64,000 nucleotides of DNA from assembly GCA_001643675.2 (NCBI GenBank), contig LSRY02000042.1, positions 558,001 through 622,000 on the forward strand, read 5' to 3'. This document shows, one piece after another, positions 1 through 11,839 of the stretch. Origin of the DNA: Monocercomonoides exilis PA203. Taxonomy: Eukaryota > Protista > Preaxostyla. Each line of letters begins with the position of its first letter. The first letter of the stretch is position 1. The position numbers were made by a program, and so were the translations under genes. The notes beneath the pieces were generated by a model. That model was not told where the DNA came from. It did no database searches and worked only from the letters and a program-made list of their open reading frames with translations.

Positions 1-173
1 TTATTACTCATTTTCGTTAATTTCTTCCTTCAATCATCTCATTCAATTCAAATATCATTAATACCATCATCATCTGTTTCTTCTTCAATTCTTTCTCTTC
101 CATTTCTTTTATTTATCCATTTTCAGCTTCTTCAACATAGTCCGCGCTCCGAACAGCTCCATTTTCCCTATCT

Positions 174-1352
174 TTGAGAAAGCTAGAGAAGAAAACATCA
201 AGGGATGAGTTGTATTCATTGCCAACATCACCTGCGATTGACTCTTCTGATGCGTCAGCGGAAGAGGAGTCATACACGTCTTCATCAATGATGGGCGGCG
301 TCGAGAGGTGGATGCGTATTGTGGTGCTTGAGGCGGCTGGTGAGTATGCACGGCACATGCTGCTGTCTCTGCAGCTGCTGCGGGGATATGATGTGGCGCT
401 TTCAGCGATGCTTTCGGTTTCGCTGGTGGAGCCGCTTCATTCACTTGTAGCGTCGGTGTGCACGAAGTCGTGGAGAAAGCGAACCTTTGCGGAAGCAGAT
501 GTGACTGCGTTCCAACCGATCTTAGATCTGTTTGACCCGTCGCTGCAGATATGGCGATCGCTGCAGTCGAGACGTGAAGTGGTGAAGTTGGAAGAGAAAG
601 TGATGGAGTGAGGGGTTGCAGTGTGCGAAGTTTGGTAGATTGTGGAGAAGGTGCTGGAGGCTGTGAGATTGAGGATGGAGGATGCGGTTCTGTCTCCAGC
701 AGCGATTGCGCTGGCTGTGTTGGAGGAACGGGAAGAAGCAGAGGCAGGAAAAGGGGGAGGCAAAGAGGGAGAAGAAAAGGGAGAAAAAGAGGGAAAAGAA
801 GATGAAGCGAGAGAAGGAGGTGATAGGAACGAGGAGAAAGGCGGGTTTCTGACAGCGCACAGAGAGTTTGTTGAGAGAATCAAAGAGAACCAGGGGAATC
901 TGAAAGAAGCAATGGTTCAGCCGGTTGTGGAGGAGCTTGGGCTGAGTGGGCTGAGGTTTGTGAAGGTTGACGCTGAGGTGGGTGTAGACAAGTTGCATTC
1001 AGTTGAACCAGAAGTGTGCAGCACTTCTCCATCCACTGGCATTCAACAGGAAAACAGGAGAGCAGAAGAAGAAATAGCAGATGGGTCTTTGGGCATTACT
1101 TCAGATGGAAGCGCAGGTGGAGTGTGGAAAGATGTGGAAAAGGTGCAAATGAAGACAAATGGTTTTGCAATAAACGAGGAACAATACATAACCGTTGAAG
1201 AAGCAGAGGGAGAATATTGTTTGATTTGTATGGAGTGATAAGAAGAGGAAGAGGAAAAGAAAGAGGAAAAAAAAGAAGAAACAGAAGAGGAGAAGAAGGA
1301 AATGAAAGAAATTTTGGATGGGATGAAGAAGACGCTAAAGAGAATAGAAGAA

Positions 1353-1383
<31 letters not shown>

Positions 1384-1390
1384 AAGATAA
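174..1390 (+). pseudogene. Degenerate lineage-specific gene, paralogous to 57836-60880
   Basis: ORFs 174-611 and 642-1238 are in one frame, separated by in-frame TGA (609-611) and TAG (636-638). Nucleotides 229-610 align by eye with 58142-58540. Confidence 0.55.
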
Positions 1391-4300
1391 GGGTTATGAA
1401 GGTGGAGCAATTGAGAATTGTGAAATGAATTTAATCCTTTTTTAAAGATGTTGATGATAGCTTGAGTGATGTCGATTGATATAAATATATCATTCGATGA
1501 GTTGATTTCAGAAGAAATAAATAATCTTTATCACAAAATTGGTGAAAGGGAGAGAGATACAAACAGATGAAGAAGGAAGTCCACAAATCATCGACTGCCT
1601 TTGTGTGGTTGAACAGCTTTTCCCTCAGAAAAAGGATGATTGTGTTTGTCCAATGATGTCAACAATTCAAGTGAACTTCATGTATGATGAGGATTTTGGC
1701 AGAGAAGAAGACGTTGACGATTGAAGAAGTTGACTTCAATTGCAAAATTTTCAAAGGCAAGGAGAAGAAAATAAAGAATTTCATGATTATGTGATTGATG
1801 TGTCGATTCTGGCAATGAACATCATTTATTGAAGTGAGACTGTTGAGAAAGATAAGGAAGGTGAAGAAAAATAGAAGATGTCAGCTTTTCCAAGTCACGT
1901 AGGGCGAAAGAAAAAGATGAATTTGTTGTGGATGAAAATGCTCAGAAAGCTCATCAGCTTTGGTGAAAGAGTCGCTTCTGCGGAATACTCTCAACAAATA
2001 ATCCCAAATAAACTGCTTTCTCTCTTTCAAGCTCATGCAAAGCATTGTCAGGCTATGCGTCATTCAAAGAAGATGGCAGAAGTCACGAATGCCATCGTTG
2101 AATTCAAAGCAAACAAGAATATTCTCATTACTTATGGATCTTTTGAAAAAGGATAAAAAAGGCTTCTTTTCATTGCATTTCTGTTCATGGACAATCTGCA
2201 TTCATTGAAAGAACACCTTAAAAGAAAAATGAATGAAATAAAAAAAGTCAAACCATCTTTTTGGCATTTAAATATTTTCCTATCTCCAATAGATTGGTAA
2301 TTATCAACCAAATCGGTTTTCTTGTTCTCCAAAATTGCCTCTTGCCACATAAAAAAACAGACAACTGGACAATAAGTGGCTGGCAAAGAACATCATCGAT
2401 CACAGAGAATCCATTGTGAAGCTGGACATGATTCCAAATGAAAACACATATTCTCCAATCAACTCCTTCACAAAGACTTATTCAACGCCAAGTCTTCGCT
2501 GATGGCTTTCCAACTTGCTTCATTCAAAAGGCAAATGTGATTGTTGTTAAGGCCTGCTGAGTGCTTCGATCAACTCGCTTCTTCCATTCTTCAAACCCCC
2601 AATTCCCTTTCCTTTTCCACAAAACAAACCTTCGGCCCAAAAACAATATAAAGCAAGTCCTGTGCAAAAGATATGTCAAGAACACAATATTTCCCTCGAA
2701 TTGAACAAGCCGTTCAATTCAATCTTTCGGATATTCTCCTCGCTTTTTCTGCATCTTGCTTGAATTATTTCTGATTCAAAATATCGCAGCCGATGTTGCA
2801 TCATGTATTTTGCAATATATAACCAAGTTTATATTTCATGTAATTTTCCTCCACCAATTCACTTTTCAAATTCAATCGATGCAAACAGTCACCAGCTCCT
2901 CCATTTGGAAGAAAAATTCCTGCTCTTCTGCAGTGCAATAACTTGCATGGATGCATCTAAAACCGTGCATCTTAGCAGCTCAAACATACTCGTGTCTCAC
3001 AAAACATCAATCAAAAATCTTCACTTATAAAATTATAGGTTGTCCGCCCTTATTTATTTGTTCAAAAAGGAAATTTTTTAATCCAAAGATTTGCTTGTTT
3101 TGATGCAAATGACATCGACGTCACATGAAGACGTATTAACTTTAGTGTTATTAAATTTGTAACTTGGTGTTTTTAATTCTTTTAATTTGAACAAAAACGA
3201 ATATTTCGAAAATGAATTTATTTGTTGTTTTGAAATCATTTTGTGATTTCGCAGTCACCTTCAAAAACACAAATGTTTCTGGGTGTGCCAGAATTTATGA
3301 GAAAGAATGGTTTAATTAACAAATGAATTTTTTTTATTTTTATGATTTTTCAATTTAAAAAGAGAAATTTTCACAGTTGGAACAATTCACTGAAGATAAA
3401 CAGAAACAGAAAATCGGAGAAATAAATGAACTTATTGATGAAATGAATAATTTTGAGTTGCTTTCTGTTTTCAATGCTGAATTATTCTACAAAATACTCA
3501 AAATGATTGAAGAAAAGAAACTTACGATAGAAAATTCAATTTTGCTATTGAAATATATAGGATTTTGCAATGCTCCGAAAAGAATTCATTTAGATTTCTT
3601 TAAACATTTATTATTTAAACAAAGATTCAGTCAGATAATAATTGATGAAAATGAGAAGGGAAAAGAAAGAAGGAAGGAAAAGCTTCTGGTTGATCTCTGC
3701 GAATGCTATTTGTTGTTGAATGGATTGCCTTCATCTGAAACGTCTTCAATCATCTTGCCTTGTCTTCTGAAAGTTTCTTTGAACAAAGAGGAAAACGAGG
3801 AGGCTCAGAAAGAAGTGGAAATGGCTATGATGGCTTTGAGCAGCATTGACGAATGTGATGTTTGAACGTTTCAATTTCCATTTTAATAAAATTGATTTTT
3901 AATATTTTTCTTATTTCTAATTAGTTTATCGAACGAGGAAAGTATTTGAACGAAACCAAAGATATTCTGAAATATCATCAGGAACATCACAACCTCACTC
4001 AGCTTGCCTATCAGTCTGCTTGGCAGTTTTTGATTTATAGATTACGCTTCGATTATAGTCTTGAACATGTTATTGTGAATGAACTGCATTTCTGTAGGGA
4101 GGCGGAAAGAGAATTAGAAGAGCTGGCAAAGTGGATGAATTGGAAGAAGAAAGAAGAGGAAATGAGCAAAGAAGAAGCGAATGAAGTGAATATAATAAAG
4201 AGATGGCTTCATGCATTGGGGATTTTCTTTCGCCTTTTCCGATTATGGAAAGAAGAAATTGCTGAGCTTATAGGCAGCGTCGCTCATGTGTGTCGAGCAG

Positions 4301-4443
4301 CAAGAGAAAATAACAAAGAAATTAGCAATTGGTGCATTTGTTCATTAAGAAATGCAACAGAAAATGGAAATGTGAGAGTTGAAGACTTGCTGAAAGGAAG
4401 AGCAATTGATGCTGTTTTGGAGGAATTTCAGCAACAAACGGTA

Positions 4444-6776
4444 CCCTTGGTGGAAAACCCGGTAGTTTGTGGAAAACCCGGTAGTTTGATATTTTCAAAA
4501 GTTGGTATTAAAAGGAAATAATTGCATATTTGATGGCTACAGCTTTAAATATCGAAAAAGGTTTCAAACCAGATGAGTTTGTTAAACAATAACTGCAAAT
4601 TATTCTTCAAATAATATTATTAACCTTTTTGAGACCAATTGGAACTTTGTTTTGTATTCAAATAAAGAGTGCTTTTTAACTGAAATAAAAATAGATAAAA
4701 ATCCACACTAAACTTTTTGTGTCATTGCAACTACTTGTTACAATTTATCCCCTCATTTCTTCAAGATTTAATAAATTCATTCGTTGATCTGATGTATTAT
4801 AATGGAAACTTCTGAAAGTATATCTTCTAATCACCTCAACCGATTAATTGCATCCTCTGATTACCGCTTGCTTTCATCGCCTTCTAAAAAAATATTTGAA
4901 ATAAAAAAGAAATATACAGTTTCGTGGAAGACAGCAGTGGGATCGCATGCCATCTCCAATGGAGCTTGGGAAAGGGGAATGGCTGCGTTGAAGGCAAAGC
5001 GCCAAATTGGTATATCGGGTCGGCCTTCGATTATATCGAAAAAACAACTTGAAACTGTGGAAAATCAAGTTATTGCTCTTCTTTCGGAACAAAAGATTAT
5101 CAGACTAAAAGATATTCATTCCATGGTTATGAAAATTATTTTTTTCTTATTTTTCAATTTTGACTTTTATAGATTCAGGAGGTTTTGAATGCAGATCGTG
5201 AAAGTGGAGAAGAAAGAAAAGAAGTGAATTCCAAATATGCATATGATTTAATAAAAAGGAGTGAAGTTTTAAAGGCAAGTATATCTAGACCCATGGAAAT
5301 TGCTAAAATCAACGCACAATCTCCTGAGACTATTCGTTCATGGTTCGAAAGGTTGACAACTGTCATCTCATCTCACAATATTTGTTCTTCCAATATCTAC
5401 AATTTTGATGAATCTTCAATACGAATTGGGAATGGAACAGAGAAATTAGTAGTCTGCTTAAAAAATCAAATTCCACCCTCTCCTTCTTCGTTGCCAAAAA
5501 CAGAAAACGCAACAATTTGCGTATGTGTATGTGCTGATGGATCACATCTTCCTCATATTTTGATTTACCCCCGAAAAACGATTCCACAGGAATTTTCTTT
5601 ATTGTCTTCCTTTAATATTTCTTTCGTAGGTTCATCTTCTGGCTGGATCACTTCGGATTTGTTTAGATTTATAATGATTCAGAAATGGTTTCCTTTGATT
5701 TCCGATAAACTGAAAGTGTCCCAATCAAAAAAGGCTCTTCTTTTATTAGACAATCACAGATCTCACCACGATCCAGAAGTTATTGCTTTTGCAGAAAAAA
5801 ACAATATTATCATCGAATTTTTACCACCTAACATGACACACCTTCTCCAACCTTGCGACAATTGCGTGTTCTCCAGATTCAAACAAGTTTTACAGAACTC
5901 TTTTGTTGCGCCCTCGCATTTTGCAACTTCTTCGTATCGAAAAGCTTTGGCTGATGTTCTGCCAGAAGCATTATCAGCAGCAACGTCTCCTTCAACGATA
6001 AAAACAGCATTTCTAAATACAGGAGTTTATCCAGTGGCAGCTGCACCGGTGCTTTCTCGTGTGAGTGGTTCCCCTGTTCGTCAGAAAAAATCATCTTCAG
6101 ATAATTTATCTTCAAATAACTTAAAGCAAAGTTTGTTTGGAGATTTTTCTCCAAAAGAAAAACGAAAATTGAAAGTGGAAAAGCAAGAAAAGTTGTCGAC
6201 AGAAATGGATGAAATAGAAAAAATGGATGAAAAACTTGTTTTTTCAGAAGAAAAAGAAAAGGATGGACAGAATGAAACAGAAGAGTTAACAAAGGTGGTG
6301 AAAAGGAAGGTGAGACTCAGGAGAAAAAGAATGGATGATGATTTTATGTATGGAAACGAAATGAGCTATATATTTGAGGAAGATAAAGAAACTGAGGCAT
6401 TTGAACGCAATTCAAAAAATTCATCATGCAAGCGAAGAAAAGTCGACGATGAGTCTTAATCCGTGGACAATAATGAAACGATTTTATTTTTTTGAATGTT
6501 ATTTCATTTTTTTGCATTGAAAGAGAACTTATTTTAAATATTGGATTGATTTGTCATTTATTATAACATTTCACAAATGCAAAAATATATGATAATACAT
6601 TTTGATTTGTTTCTTTTTTGTTTAATTCAATTATTAAACTTTTCAAACATCTTGCAAAACGTAAACCAAAATGTTCAAAAAATATTGAGTGGAAATAAAT
6701 GTTAAAAAAAAACAGCTCCAATTTTGAGTCCACAACTACCGGGTTTTCCACAAACTACCGGGTTTTCCACCAAGGG
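4444..6776 (+). mobile_element. pogo/Fot1-like (Tc1/mariner superfamily) DNA transposon, 2333 bp
   Basis: Perfect 43-bp TIRs at 4444-4486 and 6734-6776 (CCCTTGGTGGAAAACCCGGTAGTTTGTGGAAAACCCGGTAGTT). TA duplication at 4442-4443 and 6777-6778. Contains a DDE_1 transposase. Confidence 0.95.
4802..6459 (+). CDS. DDE_1 (pogo-type) transposase, ~536 aa, one intron
   Basis: Exons 4802-5125 and 5173-6459 are joined in frame by a 47-nt GT-AG intron. Motifs IYNFDES, LLLLDNHRSH and FLPPNMTHLLQPCD give DD35D spacing. The C-terminus is basic and NLS-like. Confidence 0.92.
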
Positions 6777-7070
6777 TATATAACAGAGCACAATCTGATC
6801 GTTTGGACTGCTTTTTGACAATTTTACGTAGATTGAAAGAAAAGGAAGATGATGAAATGAACGAAAGGAAAAGAAAAGAGTTGAAAACGAAAGTGTTCGA
6901 AAATATGGAAAAGGAAGGATGCGAAGATACCATCATAAGCTTTCATAAAATGTTTTATTATCTTCATAGAAAATATTGGTTTGGATTTCCGTTTAATATT
7001 TCAGATTATTTTGTGAATGTTTAGTCATATTCTTTTCATTTGGCTCTGTTTCTCAAATTTTCAATTTTTC

Positions 7071-7225
7071 TTTTTTTTTTCTATTCTTTTTTCTATTTCT
7101 TTCTTTTTTCTTTCTTTTCTTTTCTTTTCTTTCTTTCTTTCTTTTTCTTCTTTTTCTTCTTTTTCTTCTTTTTCTTTTCTTTTTCTTTTTCTTTTTCTTT
7201 TTTTAATTCTTTTCTTTTCTTAACT
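7071..7225. repeat. Polypyrimidine (T/C) low-complexity tract
   Basis: Mixed TTTC/TTTTTC/TTC repeats between convergent 3' ends. Confidence 0.85.
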
Positions 7226-7570
7226 TTCCATTTCTTTTTTGAATAAAAAAGAAACATATTTGAAAACAAGTACATTTTATATTAACATAAAAATTTCTCT
7301 CATTTTGTTGAAAACGCCTAGATAATGTATTTGAAGAACAAATAGTAAATAACAACAAAGTTATTATCAGTAAGAATATCTCAGATCCGCAAAGTACTGC
7401 AATGATTAATAAGAAATGATATATCAAAGAATACTCAAAGACAACATGTGCAAAATCAGAAGGATAATCAAGATGAGATATAAAATCAAGAAAAGAAGCG
7501 AAGAAAAAGAAATAACTACAAATAATTTGGTGGAAAAAAAAACATAAAAAATAAACTCTCATTATTCTTT

Positions 7571-9773
7571 TTAGACATAAGAACGCAGCCAGCTCAATAT
7601 CTCCTTTGACCAACGAACGTAGTTGAATGGATCGAGAATGTAATGTGGCTCCGATGGGAAAAACACGAAGCGTGACGGAACACCTCTCCACTGCAGTGTC
7701 TTGAATGCCATGAATCCTTGGTCAAACGGAACACGGTAGTCAATTCCACCGTGCGTGACAAGCATTGGTGTGTTGTACTTGTTGGCAAAGAAAGAAGGAG
7801 ACCATTTCTCATAGCAGTTCTCGTTTCCTTCCTCTGGCTTCCACGGCAGCCCTTTCATCTCCCTCTCCATAAAGCGCGGGATATCTGTCTCTCCATAAAA
7901 CGTGTTCAGGTCAAACAGACCAGCATGGCACACAATCCCCGCAAACGCGTCTGTGTGGCTGTTCAGCCAGTTCATCATGTACCCCGCATAAGAAGGACCC
8001 ACCGCAGCTACACGGTCCTTGTCCAGTGACGTGTCCGTCGCCAGGATAAACGCCAGCCCCGCCATGATATCTTCATACGGCCACGACCCCCACCGCCCGT
8101 GGATGGAGTCCGCAAACGCCTTCCCAAAGCTGTCGCTGCCGTGCGGGTTCGGAGAGAACACACCATATCCCTGGTGCGCAAACACCTCCGGATTCCAGTT
8201 CGGATCCCACTCGTCGTTCGTTGCCCACTCTGGCCCTCCGTGGATGTTCATCACAAGCGGCCATTTCATCGGCGGTGTGGGGGAAGTGTTCGGTGCTGAA
8301 GAAGGAGAAAAGAGGGGACGCACATAAAACGCTTGGATTTTCTCGTTGTTGGCGCCAGTGTACCAATACTCGATGGCAGGTTCCAAAGGATAGCACTTGG
8401 CCAAGACAGCATCAGTCAGCTTGGTCACTCGCGTCTCTCCTGCAACATCTCCGTCTCTCCAGCCGTCTTTCGTGGTATCCAACTCTTTGGCCTCTGCATT
8501 CGGCACAGTCGAGTCATACACATATACTTCAAATGGCTGCGCAATTGTCGACTTCACATAGCCGTATTTCTGAGTGCCCAGCTGGCAGACACTTGTGATG
8601 GACGAGCCAGGCAAGATGCTCTTCTGGAAGCCATTGACAGCATCAAAGACGACAGCGCGTGTTCGGCCTTTGATTCTCGCTGTGCAGAGAATCGTGTCTG
8701 GAGCAGTAGATGACCATGCAGCAGTGGCAATGCCATACTCAAAATCTTCTGTCAGTCGTCGAGTTTGCCCTGTTTCCCTGTTGTATTCAAAAAGAGATGT
8801 GATGTCTGTTTCGTCATTTGGTGTTAGTGTGGAAATATATAAAATTCGGCTCCATTTCTCTGTTGGCTCAAACAATGGTTGAGTGTTCCTCTTGTCATTT
8901 GGTGATATAATTACGTCTTGTTTGTCTGGGTTGCCAATATCGTGTAAGAAAATGAGTCTATTATTCGTGAATGCGCTGTTTTCTCCTTGAAGACAACTAA
9001 ATGCGATGTACTTATCATCAGGAGAAACTGCAAAATCGTCGCTTGTTCCGGGAAAGACAACTGGTCCATCAACTTTATGGGACTTCATTGCATCAACTGG
9101 CTCTTTCGTAAAGGTGTAATGAAAATCAGATTCTTCATTATCTGCAATCATGTAAAACACATGTGCAAGTTTTCCATTTCGATAAGCAACTTCATCAACA
9201 ACAGGAGTGTGATCAAAAACAAGCATTTTGTACGGCAATTTTTCTATTTCTTTGTCTTTATTAGCAGTTTCCTCGATATTCATGCCGGGATAAACATAAG
9301 CCACAAAGCAAACAACTCCGCCTTTTGGACTCCATTTGAGCATTGTTGTGTGCATGGGGAATTCTTTAACGACTTTAGAATTTTCATTTGCAACATTCAA
9401 AAGAACAAGTTTCGTATTACCATTATCATCAGTAAAATAAGCAAGAACATCAGGATGAGCAGTCCAAGTAATATCACGAATTGAAGTACTTTGAGCAATT
9501 TGTTTTGTTCCGCCTGCTGTTCCATCGCTCACATAAATTCTGTATGTAGTTTGACCCAAATCAAGTTGCGTTTTAACTGTCAAAAAAGCAAATCTCTTTA
9601 ATATAAATGAATTTTTGCTCAATAAAATAAAACTGTAAAAAAAATTGACAAACTGTGTTATCAGAGTTTGAAACAACAACATTCGGAGTTTCAAGTTCTT
9701 TCATCATTTCAGCTGTAAATGGCACCAGTTCTCCCAAAAGAGAAGACACAATAAGCACAATTACGTTCAACAT
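7571..9773 (-). CDS. S9 family serine peptidase (dipeptidyl-peptidase 5-like), probably secreted
   Basis: Exon 9773-9654 starts with hydrophobic MLNVIVLIVSSLLG, followed by intron 9653-9596 and exon 9595-7571. Motifs: IHGGP, NPHGSDSFG, nucleophile GPSYAG, HGGIDYRVP (Asp) and FPSEPH (His). Confidence 0.92.
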
Positions 9774-10058
9774 TTTTAATTTTAAGGGTACTAACCATTT
9801 TTTGGAATTTTTAATTAATTGTATGAATGTTCTTCAGCGTTTTAACAATTAAAGAAACAGTAAATTCAAAAAGATTTTAAATGCTTAAATTGTATGAAAC
9901 AAATAAACATCAAAATATAATGTTTGGAAGAAAAAGAATAAAAAAAACGTTGAAAGCTATTTTCAAATAAAAATGTTATCTTTAAAATCAAAAAAGTTAA
10001 AAAAAAAATAGAAAAAATAAAAAAATAGAACATCAAAATGCAACAAAAAAAGCAATAG

Positions 10059-10269
10059 GCCTCCAAAGCACGTTTGCAGAAAGCCGAGAAGAAGATTAGA
10101 AGTTTTTCAGCAACGAAAACAAGAACACTCCGTTTTAACTGCAAAGAACAGGAGCGAAGCTTCAACTGTTTTAACTTTGCAGATCATTTTCCAGACTTTT
10201 TTTAAGTTGGGAACAGAGCCAGAATCTCCTCTTCTTGTTACGATCGTTCTGCGATAGCGCTGAAGAGGC
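10059..10269 (-). ncRNA. Candidate structured RNA (MAT 3'UTR element or independent ncRNA), family unknown
   Basis: GC-richer island whose two ends are complementary over several nested helices. Most non-Watson-Crick positions are G-U pairs on the minus strand. It is followed by T7 on the minus strand (10051-10045). Confidence 0.5.
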
Positions 10270-10360
10270 ACAAAATAATCCATTTAAAAAAATCAACACC
10301 TAAGTTTTGTTATCCTGTGTAAATCCTTCTGTAATGAATTTGAATCTAACGTTCCTCCTA

Positions 10361-11663
10361 TTAAGCCTTCACAACTGTGAAATCGAGCATCTTTGGAACT
10401 TCCCATGTAAATGATGGATCCGTTCTCCCAAAATGTCCATACGCTGCAGTCTTGTAGAAGCGTGGCTTTTTCAAGTCAAGTTGTGTAGCAATCATTCCTG
10501 GACGCATATCAAAATTATTCTTCACAAGTGCCTGAAGTTCTTTTGTTGGAATCTTTGATGTTCCAAAGTCATCAATGAAAAGAGAAATGGGCTGTGCCAA
10601 TCCAATTACATATGATAATTCAATCAGGCAACGGTCTACAACTTTGCTTGCGACAAGTGATTTTGCAATCCAACGAGCGAGATATGAACCAGATCTATCG
10701 ACTTTAGTCCAATCTTTTCCGGAGAATGCCCCTCCGCCATGTCCTCCCCATCCACCATATGTATCAACAATGATCTTTCTTCCGGTAAGTCCGGCATCAG
10801 ATTTTGGTCCGCCATAAGTGAATCTTCCTGAAGGATTCACATAAATCTTTGTCTTTTCTGTGAGATATTGTGGTGGAATCACTGCTTTGATGACTTTGTC
10901 AATAACTTCTTGACGAATCACTTCATTAGACACATCTGGAGTATGTTGAGTTGAAATGACAATGGTATCTGCAAATTGTGGGACAGGAACACGCTTTTCC
11001 ATTTTGTATGCAAATGTAACCTGCGACTTTGCATCAGGTTGTAACCATGGGAGAACTCTTGATTTTCTAACTTGAGATAACTTCTCGACCAATCTGTGAG
11101 AAAATAGGAGAGTAAGCGGAACCAATTCCTCGGATTCGTTGCAAGCAAAGCCAAACATCAAGCCCTGATCACCTGCGCCAGTATCAGCTTCGGCAACATT
11201 AGAGACTGCTCCATCAATCTCAGATGATTGCTGCGAAATACGAACTTCAACTTCAAGTGTCTTGTAGTCTGCTCCAAATGTAGCATCATCATAACCCACA
11301 TCTTTATATACTTGTTTTACAATCGCAGGAATGTTTAGATTCGCATTTGAAGTTATTTCGCCAAAAACAACGCACCAATTTCCTTTGCATGCAGTTTCTG
11401 AATTAATGGCAAAAAGAGAAAGAGAGAGATAGCTTTAAAAATAAAATTACCAATAAATGCATTAGCATGCCACATGCAACACGAGAGTGTTCGTCTTGGC
11501 GCAGGCATTCATCAACAATTGCATCAGAAACAAGATCACATAGTTTGTCTAACAATAAGTCATGCAATAAAAATCAGATAAATTGTAAGCACTATATACC
11601 TGGATGTCCTTCAGATACTGATTCACTTGTGAAATAAAAGAGTTCAGAATCAGATGTTGACAT
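10361..11663 (-). CDS. MAT: S-adenosylmethionine synthetase
   Basis: Exons 11663-11600, 11548-11471 and 11397-10361. Motifs [37 protein letters not shown] and GGGAFSGKD. The second intron is GC-AG. Confidence 0.98.
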
Positions 11664-11839
11664 TAAAAAATAAATAATATGATCATGATATATATTTTTT
11701 TATTTCTGCAAAATTTTCAAATAAGATTCCTGCAGCATTATCAGTATGGAATAACGAATGGAAACTTGTATTTCTGAAAAATCTGTTTGAGAAATTTCAT
11801 GATCAAGACAATGTTATTTGTATATTTTTAACTTCATAA
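11664..11839. promoter_or_regulatory. Putative compact bidirectional promoter (MAT / CFAP20)
   Basis: Only 176 bp separate the two divergent ATGs. No specific motif was identified. Confidence 0.55.

Larger units (their letters stand above)
3212..7024 (+). pseudogene. Lineage-specific helical-repeat family gene disrupted by a transposon
   Basis: Predicted exons are 3212-3274 (tentative), 3365-3859, and 3925-4443 joined to 6779-7024. The GT-AG intron 3860-3924 keeps frame. Removing 4444-6778 restores the frame ...QQQTV-YNRAQSDRLDCFL... Confidence 0.75.

Noticed and set aside
1500-3050. Coding-like composition in 1500-3050 (also 49500-50570 and 62250-64000)
   Set aside because: All frames are heavily interrupted. 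These are probably old gene remnants, but no family can be supported by eye.
4450-4487. 19-bp direct repeats resembling CRISPR repeats or iterons
   Set aside because: They are adjacent, have no spacers and are part of the transposon TIR. No CRISPR array was seen in the window.
10070-10100. U2 snRNA-like ATCTTCTTCTCGGCT on the minus strand; also considered SRP, RNase P/MRP and telomerase RNA for 10059-10269
   Set aside because: No GTGTAGTA branch-recognition motif or Sm site, no SRP helix-8 AGG/GNRA/AGCAG motif, no complete P4 pairing and no CCCTAA template could be found by eye.
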